From NCBI GenBank assembly GCA_963755915.1, contig CAVWLP010000002.1:1632001-1696000 (forward strand): 64,000 nucleotides of DNA, in the 5' to 3' direction. Source of the DNA: an uncultured Phycisphaerales bacterium (GTDB lineage: Bacteria; Planctomycetota; Phycisphaerae; Tepidisphaerales; Tepidisphaeraceae). Made by a program: the position numbers and the translations under genes. This document shows, in pieces, positions 50,771 through 62,400 of this stretch. Under the pieces are notes generated by a model. The model saw only the letters and a program-made list of their open reading frames with translations. It did not search any database and was not told where the DNA came from. Position 1 is the first letter of the stretch. Each line of letters starts with the position of its first letter.

Positions 50771-52012
50771 ATGTTTCCAAATCCTTCTGGAAGTTACCCC
50801 CTTTTGCGTTATATTCTTGTCGCTTTGCGAAGTGATGGAATTCCCGCAATAACGCTGAATCGGCCAAGGGTCGGGCTGCTGATCGACGGGTTCAGCGCCT
50901 ATGGGCGGACGATCCTGCGGGGGATCTCCCGATACGCCAATTTGCAGCGCCGGTGGCTGCTTTTTAAGGAATTGCAGCGGTTCATGAACGACCGCAGCGC
51001 CTGGCCGCAATTTGACGGCATTATCGTCGCCGGCGCCCCGCCGGATGTCTTTCTATTTGCCCGGGAACATTGTAGTAACGTGGTAATGTGTTCGGGGGGC
51101 GGGGATCCAAAAGTGACTCCAGTCGTCGCGTTGGATGAAGACGCCGGGGCGGAAATGGCCGCAAAACACCTCATTGAGTGCCGCCTGGAGCGGTTTGCTT
51201 TCTATGGCAACAAGAGCCACGTGGTTTATCCGGTGCGCTTCGGCGGGTTTCAGAAGGCCCTGGAGGCCGCCGGATATACCTGCCTCGAATGCCCCGTCAG
51301 TGCCCCCGGCCCCGACGACTGGATGATGCACGCCGGCCGCCCGGCCCTTATGCGCTGGCTCCTGGAGATCCCCAAACCCATCGGCATTATGGCCCTGGAT
51401 GATTCTTGCTCCCACGATTTGGCCGAAGCTTGCCTCGAGGCCGACATCGCCGTGCCCGAGCAGGTGGCGATCATCGGGTTGAACAATGACGAACTCATGT
51501 GCGAATGCGCATGGCCGCCGCTTTCAAGCGTTGACCCGGATTATTCGCGGATCGGATATGCCGCCGCCAAGATTCTCGATCGCCTTCTGGCCGGCGAGAA
51601 GCTGGGAGAAGACGAACGGATGACCCGTTTCCCCCCCATCGGCGTGGTGGCGCGGCAGAGCACGAATGTGCTGGCGATCAGCAATCCAAACCTGGCGCTG
51701 GCGATGCGTTTCATCCGCGAACACGCCTGTCAGCGCTGCACGGTCAGGGATATTTTGCAGGTGGTTCCGGTGGGTCGGCGGTGGCTGGAGCAGCAGTTTA
51801 CCCGGCACCTGGGGCGTTCGCCGCATGATGAAATTACCCGCATGCGGATTGAGACGGCCGAGCGGCTGCTCATGGAGCCCGATCTGACGGTTGACGAGGT
51901 GGCCGGCCGGTGCGGTTACGCGGAGATCAAAAGCTTCTACACCGCCTTTCGCAAAGTCACCAAAACGACGCCCGCCGCCTATCGCCGGGCCAGGATTACA
52001 CAGGCGAAATAA
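50771..52012 (+). CDS. XylR-type regulator (LacI-like sensor plus AraC HTH)
   Basis: PKPIGI, VPEQVAIIG.NND, PPLSSV, IGYAAA; C-terminal AraC HTH; start uncertain. Confidence 0.9.
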   Translation: MFPNPSGSYPLLRYILVALRSDGIPAITLNRPRVGLLIDGFSAYGRTILRGISRYANLQRRWLLFKELQRFMNDRSAWPQFDGIIVAGAPPDVFLFAREHCSNVVMCSGGGDPKVTPVVALDEDAGAEMAAKHLIECRLERFAFYGNKSHVVYPVRFGGFQKALEAAGYTCLECPVSAPGPDDWMMHAGRPALMRWLLEIPKPIGIMALDDSCSHDLAEACLEADIAVPEQVAIIGLNNDELMCECAWPPLSSVDPDYSRIGYAAAKILDRLLAGEKLGEDERMTRFPPIGVVARQSTNVLAISNPNLALAMRFIREHACQRCTVRDILQVVPVGRRWLEQQFTRHLGRSPHDEITRMRIETAERLLMEPDLTVDEVAGRCGYAEIKSFYTAFRKVTKTTPAAYRRARITQAK

Positions 52013-52380
52013 ACGCCGGCCTGGGGATGGAGCGATTCATCCGGCCCACCGGATCTGGGGCGTTATCGGACCTCAAACACCTGATTTTTGGTGACGATGG
52101 GTCTGGTAACTCAAGGAATTGCCGCCAAAGGGGATGCCGGAAAAATAGGGTATAAAGTAATACAGGCGGGTACGCGCAGGCCGTGCGCATTTGCACCAAG
52201 AAAGCGGCGCTATATGACGTGGAAATTGCCGGGCTGGACACGCATACTCTGAGACTGGCGAGACGGCGTGTTGGAGGCTGAGACGCTCAATGGGCGGGCC
52301 AAATCACACCGCTGGAAACGAGCCCCAGCTCTTTCAACCCGCCAGACATTTCGCAGCGGAGAAACAAATTGGAGGAGAGT

Positions 52381-55300
52381 ATGGCGATGTCACCTGCCCG
52401 GACGGAAAAGATGCGACGAGGTTCCCGGAAAAATCGCGGTCGGCTTGCAGTGGCGGGCACGCTGGCGGTGGCAGCACTGACCTCGGCCGGCATCAGAAAC
52501 GCCTCTGCCCAGGAAGCCCCGGCCGATGTTCCCAACGGAACCACCGACCTCACGACCGTCGGCAATTCGACCAGCGATGCGACGTTTACCAACATCACCT
52601 ACTCCCCCACCGCCTTCACGATCGACACCCCCATCACCTGGGACACGCTGAACGATCTCGACTCCACGCAGTCGCTGTCGATCACCAACCAGAACGCATC
52701 GGCGACCAGCACGCTGACCCTCAGCGGCGGCAGCAACACGGTTGCACCGAATCCCGCCGATCTGATTTACGTCGCCGCCGGCGGGAGCCTGGCCATCGAC
52801 GGAGCGCCGGTCGCCGGCCAGAGCACCATGCAGTTGGTCCTCAACCTCGCGAATACCAGCACCGACAATTTCGACGTGGCCGGGTCGCTGACCATCAGTT
52901 CCCAGATCGTCGGCTCCGGCTCCATTGAGATTAAAAGCGGCGGGACCGTGACATTTGCTCCCTCCCCCGCGGCGGATAACAACGCTTCCTACACCGGGAC
53001 CGTGACCATCGAAAACGGAACCGTCGATCTCACCGGCGCCACCAATGCCGCCAACGCCGACCTCGGCGCCACCGGGGGCACAGTGTTCTTTGGCGTGGAT
53101 TCGAACAATGTCAATCTGAATGTCACGGCCACCAGCAGTGGAATATCCCCGAACTTTGTGGTCGGCGGCACCGGCGTCGACACCATCACCAGCAGCGCCG
53201 CGCCCTCGGGCGTGAATGCGGCGATTTTTCAGTCGACCAACACGTTTACGCTTTCCAACAACCTGGTGGTGTCGAATCTTTATCCGGAGGCTTCGGCTGG
53301 CGCGGACGTGCTGGGATTCCGCGGTGCGATCGGCGCTACCAATTCGAGTTACGGCATCACGGTGGCCGCTAATAACGCCGGAGATGTCGATCTGCGCGGC
53401 GCCAATACGTTTGGCGGGGGCGTGACCATCGACGGCGGTATCCTTTCCTTCAACGCCAGCTCCTCCCCCTCATCGGCCGGATCGTCGGTGACCTCCGGCC
53501 CATTCGGCACCGGCACGGTGACGCTCGGCGGAATCGCCGCCGACTCGGCGACGCTGGCCGGCGGGGGCGCGTTCAGCGTCGCCAATCCCATTGTGGTCGC
53601 GGCCGAAACCGGGTCCGGCACCCGCACCATCGAGGAAATCGGAACCGGCACCGCCAGCTCGATCAACGGCCCCGTGACCCTCGACGCGCCGCTGATCCTC
53701 ACCGCGCTTAACAACATCAACAGCGGCGCCGGCAACGGCGGCGACCGCCTGCGCATCGGCGCCGGCGGAATCACCGGCAGCTTCAACATTATCATCAACA
53801 ACCCCTACACCTCCACCGTACTTGCCTCGCGCGATGTGATCCTCCTCACCGGAAGCGGAACCGCTACCGGCTGGACGGGAAATCTGATCATCGAGGCCGG
53901 CGACGGTGCGCTTGGGCTGTCCACCGGAAATACGGCCACCGGCGCCGGCAACATCGTGGAGATCGGGTCGGGGGCATCCTTCGATTTCTCCAGCAACGTT
54001 TCCGGGATTGCCGGATTTTCACCGACGGTCGCGGGGCTGGAGGATTACTCGACCATCAGCTCGCCCAGCACCGTCTATGAATCGGTGACCAACAACGAAA
54101 CGCTGACCCTCGCCGGCAGCGGCGCCTACTCCTTCTCGGGCTCGATCCAGAATTCCAGCAATACCAGCGGCAACGTCGCCCTGACGGTGGCGCTGACCGC
54201 CGGCGGAACGCAGACCCTCACCGGCTCAAGCACCTATACAGGTCCAACGACCCTCACCTCTGGCACGCTGGTTGTCGGCGGCTCGGGCTCCGCCACCGGG
54301 ACCAGCACCGTCACCCTCAACGGCGGCACGTTTGCCAGCCTTGCCGGCGCAAATGTGACCCTGACCAGCACCCTCCTTGCCGGTTCGGGCGCTCACACCA
54401 TCGTCCCCGGTGGAGTCGATGGCGTCGGAACCCTTGGCGTCGCGGGCATCTCCACCAGCAGCCTCACCACCCTCGAATTCCAGCTCGGAACCGGCTCGGG
54501 AACCATCACCAACGGCAGCCAGTTGATCCTCACGGGATCGCCCGGCAGTGCGACCATCGGGTTCGGCACAAACCTCGCCTTCACCGGCACAACCGCCGCC
54601 GGCAACGATTACGAATTGATCGGCGACACCAGCAGCGGCAGCGTGGTCTCCGGAATCACCCTGGCCGATTTCTCCCTCCCCGCGGTGCCGGCTGGGCAGA
54701 CCTATTCGCTGGGCCTCGTCGGCGGTTTCATCGACCTGGTCGTCGGTTCGACCGGACCAGCTTCGCTTTACTGGGATAATGGCGCTAATACCGGGCTTTG
54801 GAATACGACCGACAGCAATTGGAACAGCGGATCCGGCAATACAAAGTATTCCGATGGCTCGAACGTGACATTCAATGACTCGAACGGTGGAAATTATGCC
54901 GTTACTCTGAACACCACCGTCAGCCCCGGATCCGTGACCGTCAATAGTTCGGGGAATTATTCGATCACAGGCGGCGGAACGATCGTCGACACTGGCGCGT
55001 TCACCAAGACCGGCACGAGCACACTCACCCTGGGCGTCGGCCTGACGGCCAGCAGCCTGGCGATCAGCGGTGGGAATGTTGTGCTCGCGAGCAGCACCAC
55101 CGCCGGCACCGGCTCCGCCGGTCATCCCGCCAGCAACATCAACGTCACCTCGCTGACGATCGCCACCAACAGCGTCCTGGATATCACCAACAATCACATC
55201 ATCATTGACTACACCTCCAGCGACCCGATCTCCACGATCTACGGCTATCTCAAGACCGGCTTCAACAACGGCGCCTGGAACGGAACCTCCGGCATCATCT

Positions 55301-55797
55301 CCAGCACTGCGCAAAGCGCCACCAACGGCTTGCACTATGGCGTCGGCTGGGCCGATGGGGCGGATGGCACGAAGAATGTCTCGGGACTCAGCAGCGGGCA
55401 GATCCTGCTCAAGTACACCCTGCTGGGGGATGCGAATCTCGACGGCACCGTCAATGGCTCCGACTTCTCGATCCTGGCCGCCAACTTCGGCCTCGGCGTC
55501 ACCAACTGGGACCAGGGGAACTTCCTCTTTGGAAGTTCCGTAAATGGTTCAGACTTCAGCGCCTTGGCCGCCAACTTCGGTCAGGGCGACAGCGGGGCTG
55601 CGACGGTAACCCCGGCGGATATCGCCGCACTGGATGCTTTCGCGGCAGCGAATGGCCTGCCGCAGCCGACGATCGATGCGGTGCCCGAGCCGGCGGCAAT
55701 TGGGCTGGCAGTGTGCGCGGGGATGGGGGTTTTGGGTCGGCGACGGCGAAAGGCCCTTGCGCTTCTCCCCGCCCCCGGTACCCCGGGGGAGGGATAG
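52381..55797 (+). CDS. PEP-CTERM surface protein with beta-strand repeats and a dockerin-like domain
   Basis: Signal peptide; QTLTGSSTYTGPT; GDANLDGTVN; VPEP-TM-RRRR. Confidence 0.9.
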   Translation: MAMSPARTEKMRRGSRKNRGRLAVAGTLAVAALTSAGIRNASAQEAPADVPNGTTDLTTVGNSTSDATFTNITYSPTAFTIDTPITWDTLNDLDSTQSLSITNQNASATSTLTLSGGSNTVAPNPADLIYVAAGGSLAIDGAPVAGQSTMQLVLNLANTSTDNFDVAGSLTISSQIVGSGSIEIKSGGTVTFAPSPAADNNASYTGTVTIENGTVDLTGATNAANADLGATGGTVFFGVDSNNVNLNVTATSSGISPNFVVGGTGVDTITSSAAPSGVNAAIFQSTNTFTLSNNLVVSNLYPEASAGADVLGFRGAIGATNSSYGITVAANNAGDVDLRGANTFGGGVTIDGGILSFNASSSPSSAGSSVTSGPFGTGTVTLGGIAADSATLAGGGAFSVANPIVVAAETGSGTRTIEEIGTGTASSINGPVTLDAPLILTALNNINSGAGNGGDRLRIGAGGITGSFNIIINNPYTSTVLASRDVILLTGSGTATGWTGNLIIEAGDGALGLSTGNTATGAGNIVEIGSGASFDFSSNVSGIAGFSPTVAGLEDYSTISSPSTVYESVTNNETLTLAGSGAYSFSGSIQNSSNTSGNVALTVALTAGGTQTLTGSSTYTGPTTLTSGTLVVGGSGSATGTSTVTLNGGTFASLAGANVTLTSTLLAGSGAHTIVPGGVDGVGTLGVAGISTSSLTTLEFQLGTGSGTITNGSQLILTGSPGSATIGFGTNLAFTGTTAAGNDYELIGDTSSGSVVSGITLADFSLPAVPAGQTYSLGLVGGFIDLVVGSTGPASLYWDNGANTGLWNTTDSNWNSGSGNTKYSDGSNVTFNDSNGGNYAVTLNTTVSPGSVTVNSSGNYSITGGGTIVDTGAFTKTGTSTLTLGVGLTASSLAISGGNVVLASSTTAGTGSAGHPASNINVTSLTIATNSVLDITNNHIIIDYTSSDPISTIYGYLKTGFNNGAWNGTSGIISSTAQSATNGLHYGVGWADGADGTKNVSGLSSGQILLKYTLLGDANLDGTVNGSDFSILAANFGLGVTNWDQGNFLFGSSVNGSDFSALAANFGQGDSGAATVTPADIAALDAFAAANGLPQPTIDAVPEPAAIGLAVCAGMGVLGRRRRKALALLPAPGTPGEG

Positions 55798-55805
55798 GGA
55801 GGGGG
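55767..55805 (-). repeat. REP-like repeat, family A (supplies the CDS tail and stop codon)
   Basis: Reverse complement CCCCCTCCCTATCCCTCCCCCGGGGTACCGGGGGCGGGG. Confidence 0.75.
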
Positions 55806-55849
55806 CCGATCTCTCCAGTGGACGGGAAAATGCGCTGCGAGGATGCAAT

Positions 55850-56941
55850 ATGAATTGCAAACCACTTAATTACTCTAAAGTCTCTTTTCCGCCCTCACCC
55901 CTGCCCTCTCCCAGAGTACTGGGAGAGGGGGAAAAGGCGTTTACCCTGGTCGAGTTGCTGGTGGTGATTGGGATTATCGCTCTACTGATCTCAATACTCC
56001 TCCCCGCCCTCAACAAAGCGCGCGAGCAGGCGAAGCTGACGCAATGTGCTTCGAATATGCGTCAGCTTGCGGCGGCCGTTTTCATTTACGAGGCGGAGAA
56101 CAATGGGTCTTTCCCACCAGCGTGGTCCGCGTGCCCGGCGACGTCGCCGACCGCGACAAACCTGAGCCAGGTAGTACCGCCGTGCCTCTACACTTTGCTC
56201 CTGGGGCTGCCGCAAAGCGCTCCACAGTTCAATAATGTGCGGGTGTGTCCGGCCGTGCTGGATGTCTTCGGCGGGATTCCCTCAGGCTTTGTGAATAACA
56301 ACCCAGCGGCCGGTCAGGCGGTTTACTCTTACAAATACAATTTCATTCTTGCCGGGTGTGACACGACCAGTCTTAGCAGCACGTCCGGGCCAGCGTCGAA
56401 TGTTGGACATCCGGTTTACAATCCCGCTAACACCACGTTTTACCCCAGGCCATTGCGCCGGGTTCCCAGTTCCACGGACACCGCAATGTTCATCGATTAC
56501 CCGCAACTTCAGGTCTGCGCACTTTCGACGGAGACAACGGGCTCTGGGCCCGACAACCGCGGGTTCAAAGAGGGTACCGGGGTGTTCCGTATCTTCCCGG
56601 GCACGCCGGCTCCCGGATTCCTGGAGAAGATCCCCGGGGATCCGGACTATCACCAGACCATCGGCGACATCAACCCAGTGCATTTCGTCAGGAACGCGAC
56701 CAACGTTCTGAGCCCGCAGATAGGTTCATTCCCGGCGCTCACCGGTGTTATTAATGTTGCCTATTGCGATGGGTCGGTTCGACCCGCGACGGTTACCCAG
56801 GGACAAACACCCGTCAGCAATTCAAACAATATAAAAAATGCGTTCGTTGAAGACCCGAGCAGCGGCGGAAATGGATTCGTTCTTCAGGGAGTCGATGGAA
56901 TTATTCCTGCGACGAGGTTTGATCCTACGCAACCTCCTTGA
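55850..56941 (+). CDS. Prepilin-type N-terminal cleavage / DUF1559-like protein
   Basis: AFTLVELLVVIGIIALLISILLPAL..ARE, C.SNMRQL, NVAYCDGSV. Confidence 0.92.
   Translation: MNCKPLNYSKVSFPPSPLPSPRVLGEGEKAFTLVELLVVIGIIALLISILLPALNKAREQAKLTQCASNMRQLAAAVFIYEAENNGSFPPAWSACPATSPTATNLSQVVPPCLYTLLLGLPQSAPQFNNVRVCPAVLDVFGGIPSGFVNNNPAAGQAVYSYKYNFILAGCDTTSLSSTSGPASNVGHPVYNPANTTFYPRPLRRVPSSTDTAMFIDYPQLQVCALSTETTGSGPDNRGFKEGTGVFRIFPGTPAPGFLEKIPGDPDYHQTIGDINPVHFVRNATNVLSPQIGSFPALTGVINVAYCDGSVRPATVTQGQTPVSNSNNIKNAFVEDPSSGGNGFVLQGVDGIIPATRFDPTQPP
55892..55931 (+). repeat. REP-like repeat, family A (in the prepilin leader)
   Basis: CCCTCACCCCTGCCCTCTCCCAGAGTACTGGGAGAGGGGG. Confidence 0.8.
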
Positions 56942-56987
56942 CGATTGAGGCCTTGGTCACGACAAACATCAATCAAGGCAGGTACTC

Positions 56988-57476
56988 ATGGGTCTTCGTG
57001 AAACCTTGGAAAAGCGCAGGGGCGTGGCGTCGGCCTTTGGATTCGCGGCGATCGCACTGGCCGTCTTCCTCATCGTCATCGAAAGCCGCTCGAGCCGTCT
57101 GACCAAAATAGACCGGGCTTTTTATAGCGATGATGATGGACAAACGTATTTCGTTGATTCCGTGGACAAGCTTTTTCCGTTTGACCATAACGGAAGACAG
57201 GCATATCGGGCCTATGTATTTAGATGCAGCGATGGGACCGAATTCGTGGGATACCTCGCTCGGTACACTGATAGCACTAAAGCAAGACTCGCCGAGCTGA
57301 TGGCACAACCTTACAATCAGGTGGCGCAGCAAATCGCGGATGCGGAATCTGCCGGAACCGAGATAAAGAAACCCGGTGATTCGCGGTGGTATCCCCAGGC
57401 TTCACCTCAAGCGGCCGCCATGCTCATGCCGACATGCCCCAACGGCGGTACATTGGTGGGCGGCGTCATGCCCTAA
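56988..57476 (+). CDS. Membrane-anchored hypothetical protein
   Basis: N-terminal TM segment; FYSDDDG.T.F...PF...G..A.RAYVF.C...FVGYL.RY. Confidence 0.75.
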   Translation: MGLRETLEKRRGVASAFGFAAIALAVFLIVIESRSSRLTKIDRAFYSDDDGQTYFVDSVDKLFPFDHNGRQAYRAYVFRCSDGTEFVGYLARYTDSTKARLAELMAQPYNQVAQQIADAESAGTEIKKPGDSRWYPQASPQAAAMLMPTCPNGGTLVGGVMP

Positions 57477-57602
57477 ATCCCCCAGACTACCCATTTTGTT
57501 GCGGAGTGTTACCTTTTGTACCGCGTGCCCCAAGCCAAAAAATTCATCACCCCACGGAGGATAATAATCTCCCGCAGCGAATGAGCTGAGGCGAAGTCGA
57601 AG

Positions 57603-59408
57603 ATGGTCACTCGCTACGACAAATTCATCATCGCCTTCTACGTCGTCTTCATGTTGGCCATCGGCCTGCTCCTGCGCCGGCTGAGCCGAAATACTTCGGA
57701 TTATTTCCGCTGCGGCGGGGCGATGCCGTGGTGGATCACCGGCACCTCGGCGTGGCTCGCCACCTTCAGCGCCTGGACCTTTACCGGCGCCGCCGGCGCG
57801 ATCTATAGCTCCGGCTCCCTGGTCCTCTGCCTGTACTACAGCAACGCCCTGGGCGCGGTGGTGCTGATCCTCTACACCGGCCTGCGCTTCCGCCGGATGC
57901 GGACCGTGACCTGGATGGAAGCCGTCCGCGGCAGGTATGGCCCGTTTACCGAGCAGTTCTATACCTGGCTGAAGATTCCAATCCTCCTCTTCATCGCCGG
58001 CGTGGCGCTGAACTCCATCGGCGTCTTCATGGCGGCGGTGTTTCACACCAACGTCACCGTCGTCATGGTGATCCTCGGAACGCTGGTAACCATCGTCTCC
58101 TTCGCCGGCGGCGCCTGGGCGGTTCTGGCGAGCGATTTCGTGCAGTTGTGCCTGATCATGACGATCAGCGTGGTGACGGCTTTCCTCGCGGTGCATCAAC
58201 CCGCGATCGGCGGGCTGGCCCAACTCTGGCAGCGGATTCCGGCGAGCTATTTCCACTGGTCGGATCATGCCCATTTGGCGGTCGTCTTTCCGTGGATTGC
58301 GGTGATGCTCTGGTTCGGCTTCTCCGCCGCGAACAACATGGAAAACTCAACGATGTTCCTGATGGCCCGCAGCGACCGCGATGCGCGGGGGATGGCGATC
58401 ATTCCGCTGCTCGGCTGCCTGATCGGGCCGCTGATTTTCTTCATCCCGCCCACGGTGGCGATCCTCACCCACCCGCATCTTGGCTCAGAATTTCCGCAGC
58501 TCAAGAACCCGCAGGAGGCGGCGTTCGTGGCCGTCGCCGGCGACGTGATGCCGCAGGGATTGATGGGGCTGCTGCTGTGCGCGATGCTTGGGGCAACGCT
58601 GACGAATATGGACGCGGCGGTGAATAAGGGGGTGGGCATCTTCGTGCGCAGTTTCTGGAAGCCGATGATCTCGCCGCAGGCATCTGAAAAATATCTTCTG
58701 CTGCTGGGCAAGGCGTGTACGCTGATCTTCGGGGCGATCATCGTGGCGCTGGGCGTGATCATCGGAATGTATCGCAAGGTGGAGCTGTTCGACCTGACCA
58801 ACCAGGTAGCGGCGAGCTTGCTGGGTCCGATGCTGGTGCCGCTGGTGTGGGGGATGTTCGTGAAGAAGACACCGAGGTGGACGGCATGGAGCACGGCGGT
58901 GCTGGGGTTTGCGATTGCGCTGGGAATTCAGTTTGGATTTCGGCCCCAGTATTTCCAGCATTGGATGGGGTGGAAGGGGCCGCTGAACAGTTTGGAGACG
59001 GCGGACATCAACCTCGCGGCATCCGGGCTGGGGATCGTGGTGATCTGCAGCGCGTGGTACTTCGCGTCGATGCTGTTTTACGATGAGAGGAAAGACCCGG
59101 AAAACGCGCGGCGGAACGAGGAATTTTTCCGCAGCCTGCGGACGCCGATCGACGCGAAACGGGATGGGGTGGCGGATTACGGGCAGCTCGTTTACCGCCT
59201 GATCGGAGGGCTGTGCCTGTTTTATGGCGGGTTCATTCTGCTGCTGATGATGATACCGAATACGGGGACGGGGCGATTGTGTTTCCTATTCTGCGGCGGG
59301 GTGATCTTTGCACTTGGGGCGTCGCTGTTCTTGAAGGCGGTGGTTTCTTCGCACCGCGGCAAGGCGCTGGAGATTGAAGCGGTGGCGGTAGTAGCTTCGG
59401 AGAAGTGA
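57603..59408 (+). CDS. Sodium:solute symporter family transporter
   Basis: SDYFRCGG.MPWW..G.S, FSAWTFTG, GGAWAV..SD; multi-TM. Confidence 0.9.
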   Translation: MVTRYDKFIIAFYVVFMLAIGLLLRRLSRNTSDYFRCGGAMPWWITGTSAWLATFSAWTFTGAAGAIYSSGSLVLCLYYSNALGAVVLILYTGLRFRRMRTVTWMEAVRGRYGPFTEQFYTWLKIPILLFIAGVALNSIGVFMAAVFHTNVTVVMVILGTLVTIVSFAGGAWAVLASDFVQLCLIMTISVVTAFLAVHQPAIGGLAQLWQRIPASYFHWSDHAHLAVVFPWIAVMLWFGFSAANNMENSTMFLMARSDRDARGMAIIPLLGCLIGPLIFFIPPTVAILTHPHLGSEFPQLKNPQEAAFVAVAGDVMPQGLMGLLLCAMLGATLTNMDAAVNKGVGIFVRSFWKPMISPQASEKYLLLLGKACTLIFGAIIVALGVIIGMYRKVELFDLTNQVAASLLGPMLVPLVWGMFVKKTPRWTAWSTAVLGFAIALGIQFGFRPQYFQHWMGWKGPLNSLETADINLAASGLGIVVICSAWYFASMLFYDERKDPENARRNEEFFRSLRTPIDAKRDGVADYGQLVYRLIGGLCLFYGGFILLLMMIPNTGTGRLCFLFCGGVIFALGASLFLKAVVSSHRGKALEIEAVAVVASEK

Positions 59409-59415
59409 GCGATCG

Positions 59416-62400
59416 ATGCGGATGAGATTTTGCTTTGTGGTTTGCGTGGTGATTTTTGGCGTTTGTGCGCGAGGATGGGCTGACGCGGCATGGATGGAGC
59501 TCGGGGGCGATGCGACGCTGGCGATTCCTGGAAGAACGGAGTTTCGATATCCGGATGGGCCACGGGGATTTTTTAATCATGGGTTTCGGCTCGAGAACGA
59601 TGGGACGGTGGATTGGAGCGAATTTTATGGGGTGCAGTTTCAGGCTGGGTTGGCGGACGATCGGGATGTGGAGCTGACGGTAACGCTGATGGCGGCGCGG
59701 CCGGGGGGCGGGGATACGCGGGTGGGCGCGACGGTGGGGGTGAGCGGGAAGGGGTGGCATTTGGTGACGCTGCCGTGGTCGGCGTTTGGATTTGATCAGG
59801 CGGGGAATTCTTTTTTGCGGTTTGGGAAGGGGGTTACGATTGATGTGCAGGGAAAGGGGGCGGGGGCGATTCAGTTGCGCAAGCGCGGATCGTGCGCGGG
59901 GCGGCGGTGGCGCTGCAGTGCGAGGTGCGGGGGAAATCGGCTCCGCGCGGCGGGGAAGTGGAATATGACGTTCGGGTGAGCAATTGCACGGATGAGCCGG
60001 AGGCGGTGTCGCTTTCGTTTGTGCGGTATGGGTGGGAAGTGATGGAGGCGAAAGTTGAGCCGGCGGAGGTGTTGCTGGCAGGGGGTGCGTCAGCGGATGT
60101 GATCGTGCGAGTGAACGTGAGCGATCGGGTGCCGCCGGGTGGGCACGAGGGGCAGGTGCTGCTGGCGATTGCGAATGGGAATGCGGCGGCGGGGGAGCAG
60201 ATTTCGTTTATCACGACCAGCAAGCTGGCGCATCCGTATATCCTTCATACCGCGGCTAGATGGGACGAGGTGCGGCAGAAGGTGAAGAACTATGCGTGGG
60301 CGAAGTCGGCGGCAGAAGTTTATATCGATAGGGCAGATCGGTGGCGGGTGCCGGAAGTCGCGCAGGCGCCGGGGAATGATCCGAACGATAATTACGGGCC
60401 GTTTGTTTTCCGTACGACGGAAGAAACCAACGTGCTCGCGAGCGCGTTTTCCTGGGAACTGACGGGGCAGAAGCGGTATGCGCAGAAAGTGGCGACGTTT
60501 CTGCTGCGATTGTCCGATCCGCGGATTGGGTATCCCCAGACGTTGCGGGCGTGCAACCAGAGCCTGGTGCAGGAAGGGCATTTTTTCCAGCAGATGGCGA
60601 TGGCGTATGACATTGTTCTCGACTCGGGAGTATTGAGCGATTCGGATCGGCAGCAGATTGAGACGACGTTTCGGATGCTGCTGGGGACGATCGAGCGGTC
60701 GAGCGAAGGGGGATCGATCAACAACTGGAATCTGGCCGAGGACTGTGGGGCGTTTTACTGCGCGCTGTCGATGCAGGACCTGGTCTGGGCGGAGCGGTTT
60801 TTCGCGGGGCCGTCGGGAATTGAGGACCAGCTTGCCAAGGGGACGATGGATGACGGGTGGTGGTACGAATGCTCGATCAGTTACAACATGTGGTGCGCGA
60901 GCGAATTCACGCAGGCGGCGATTGCGTATGAGCCGTTTGGGTTTAATTTTCGGACGGCGTGGGTGCCGGCGAGTTATTCTTCGAACGCGCTGCTCAGTGC
61001 GCAGTTGAACGGGGGGAATGGGGTGGAGAGTGCGCAGCCGTGGATGAAGGGGAAACCGTTTGGGATGGATCCGACGTTGTATGGCCCGATCCGGCGGCCG
61101 TATCGGACGATCACGAATTTGTGGAACAGCATGCTGCCGTTTGTGGATTATCGGGGGGTGATGTTTGGGCTGAATGATTCGACGGAATCGCGAGTGGCGG
61201 GGAGTCGCATTGAGGTGAGCGCGGCGCCGTTTGAGATTGCGTATTGGGCTTATCGCGATCCGCGGTATGCGGAGATGATCAAATTGGGGGGCGGGCAGAG
61301 GGATTTGCTGTATGGGGTTGTGGATTTGCCGGCGAAGACGCCGGAGGAATTTCGCGGCAGTGCATATGCGGACAACGTGGGGCTGGCGATGCTGCGTTCG
61401 CAGACACTGGGGCGGCCGATGCGCGAGCAGATTCAGGCGGCGCTGCACTATGGCACGCATGGGTGGGCGCATGGGCATTTTGATCGGACGGATTTAGTTT
61501 CCCTGATGCGGTATGGGAGGAGTTTCTGGAATCCGGAATCGGTTTTTTACGTGTATGAGCCGTTCATGTACAAGTTTTTCACGCAGACGAGCGTTAACCA
61601 CAACATGGTGGTGGTTGACCAGAAGATGCAGCAGGCGACGCCCGGGGAGCGGCTGCTGTTTTATACGGGCTCGCTGATGCAGGCGACGGCGGTGCAGACG
61701 GTGGCGCGGTGGTCGAATCCGCCGTATGGGGGGATGGTTTATGACTATGTGCCGGTAAAGACGTTTGAAGAGAAGACGTGGCGGGAGGGGAGGTATGTGC
61801 CGATTCCGAAGAATCCGCCGGCGTATGGGACGCTGACGGATTTCACGGAGCCGATTTTGCAACGGCGGCTGATGATCGTGACGGACGATTACGTGCTGCT
61901 GGCAGATTATCTGAAAGCCGATCGGGCGCATACGTTCGACAACCTGCTTCAACTGCGCGGGTTTCTGGGGCTGAGCGGAGGGGACCAGAAATTTCTCCGG
62001 CACGATGCGCAGTGGAATCCCGATCCGCTGGGGAGCGGCCAGTTTGTTACGGATTGCAACTGGTATAGCGTGAGTGCGCCGGCACTGGCCCAGTTTTCCG
62101 AGCGGTTTGGGGCGAATCCGGATAAGGAGGAGGGGTCGCGATCAATTGGGAATGAGCCGGGGATGCTGAATCTGAATGTATTTTCACTTTGGCCCCCGAG
62201 ACAGGAGATCATGATCGCGACGGCGCCGGAGCAGCATGATGTGGAGAAGCGTTTGTTTTATACGGTGAGCGGGGATGGAAAGGTTCTGGCGCAGGGGAAA
62301 TTCGGAGCGTGGATTCTGGGCGAGGGGGATGTTGATGTGCCGGTGGAGGGCGTGAAAGAGTTGCGGCTGGAGACGCGGACGGAGCTTTCCAAGCGGCCTA

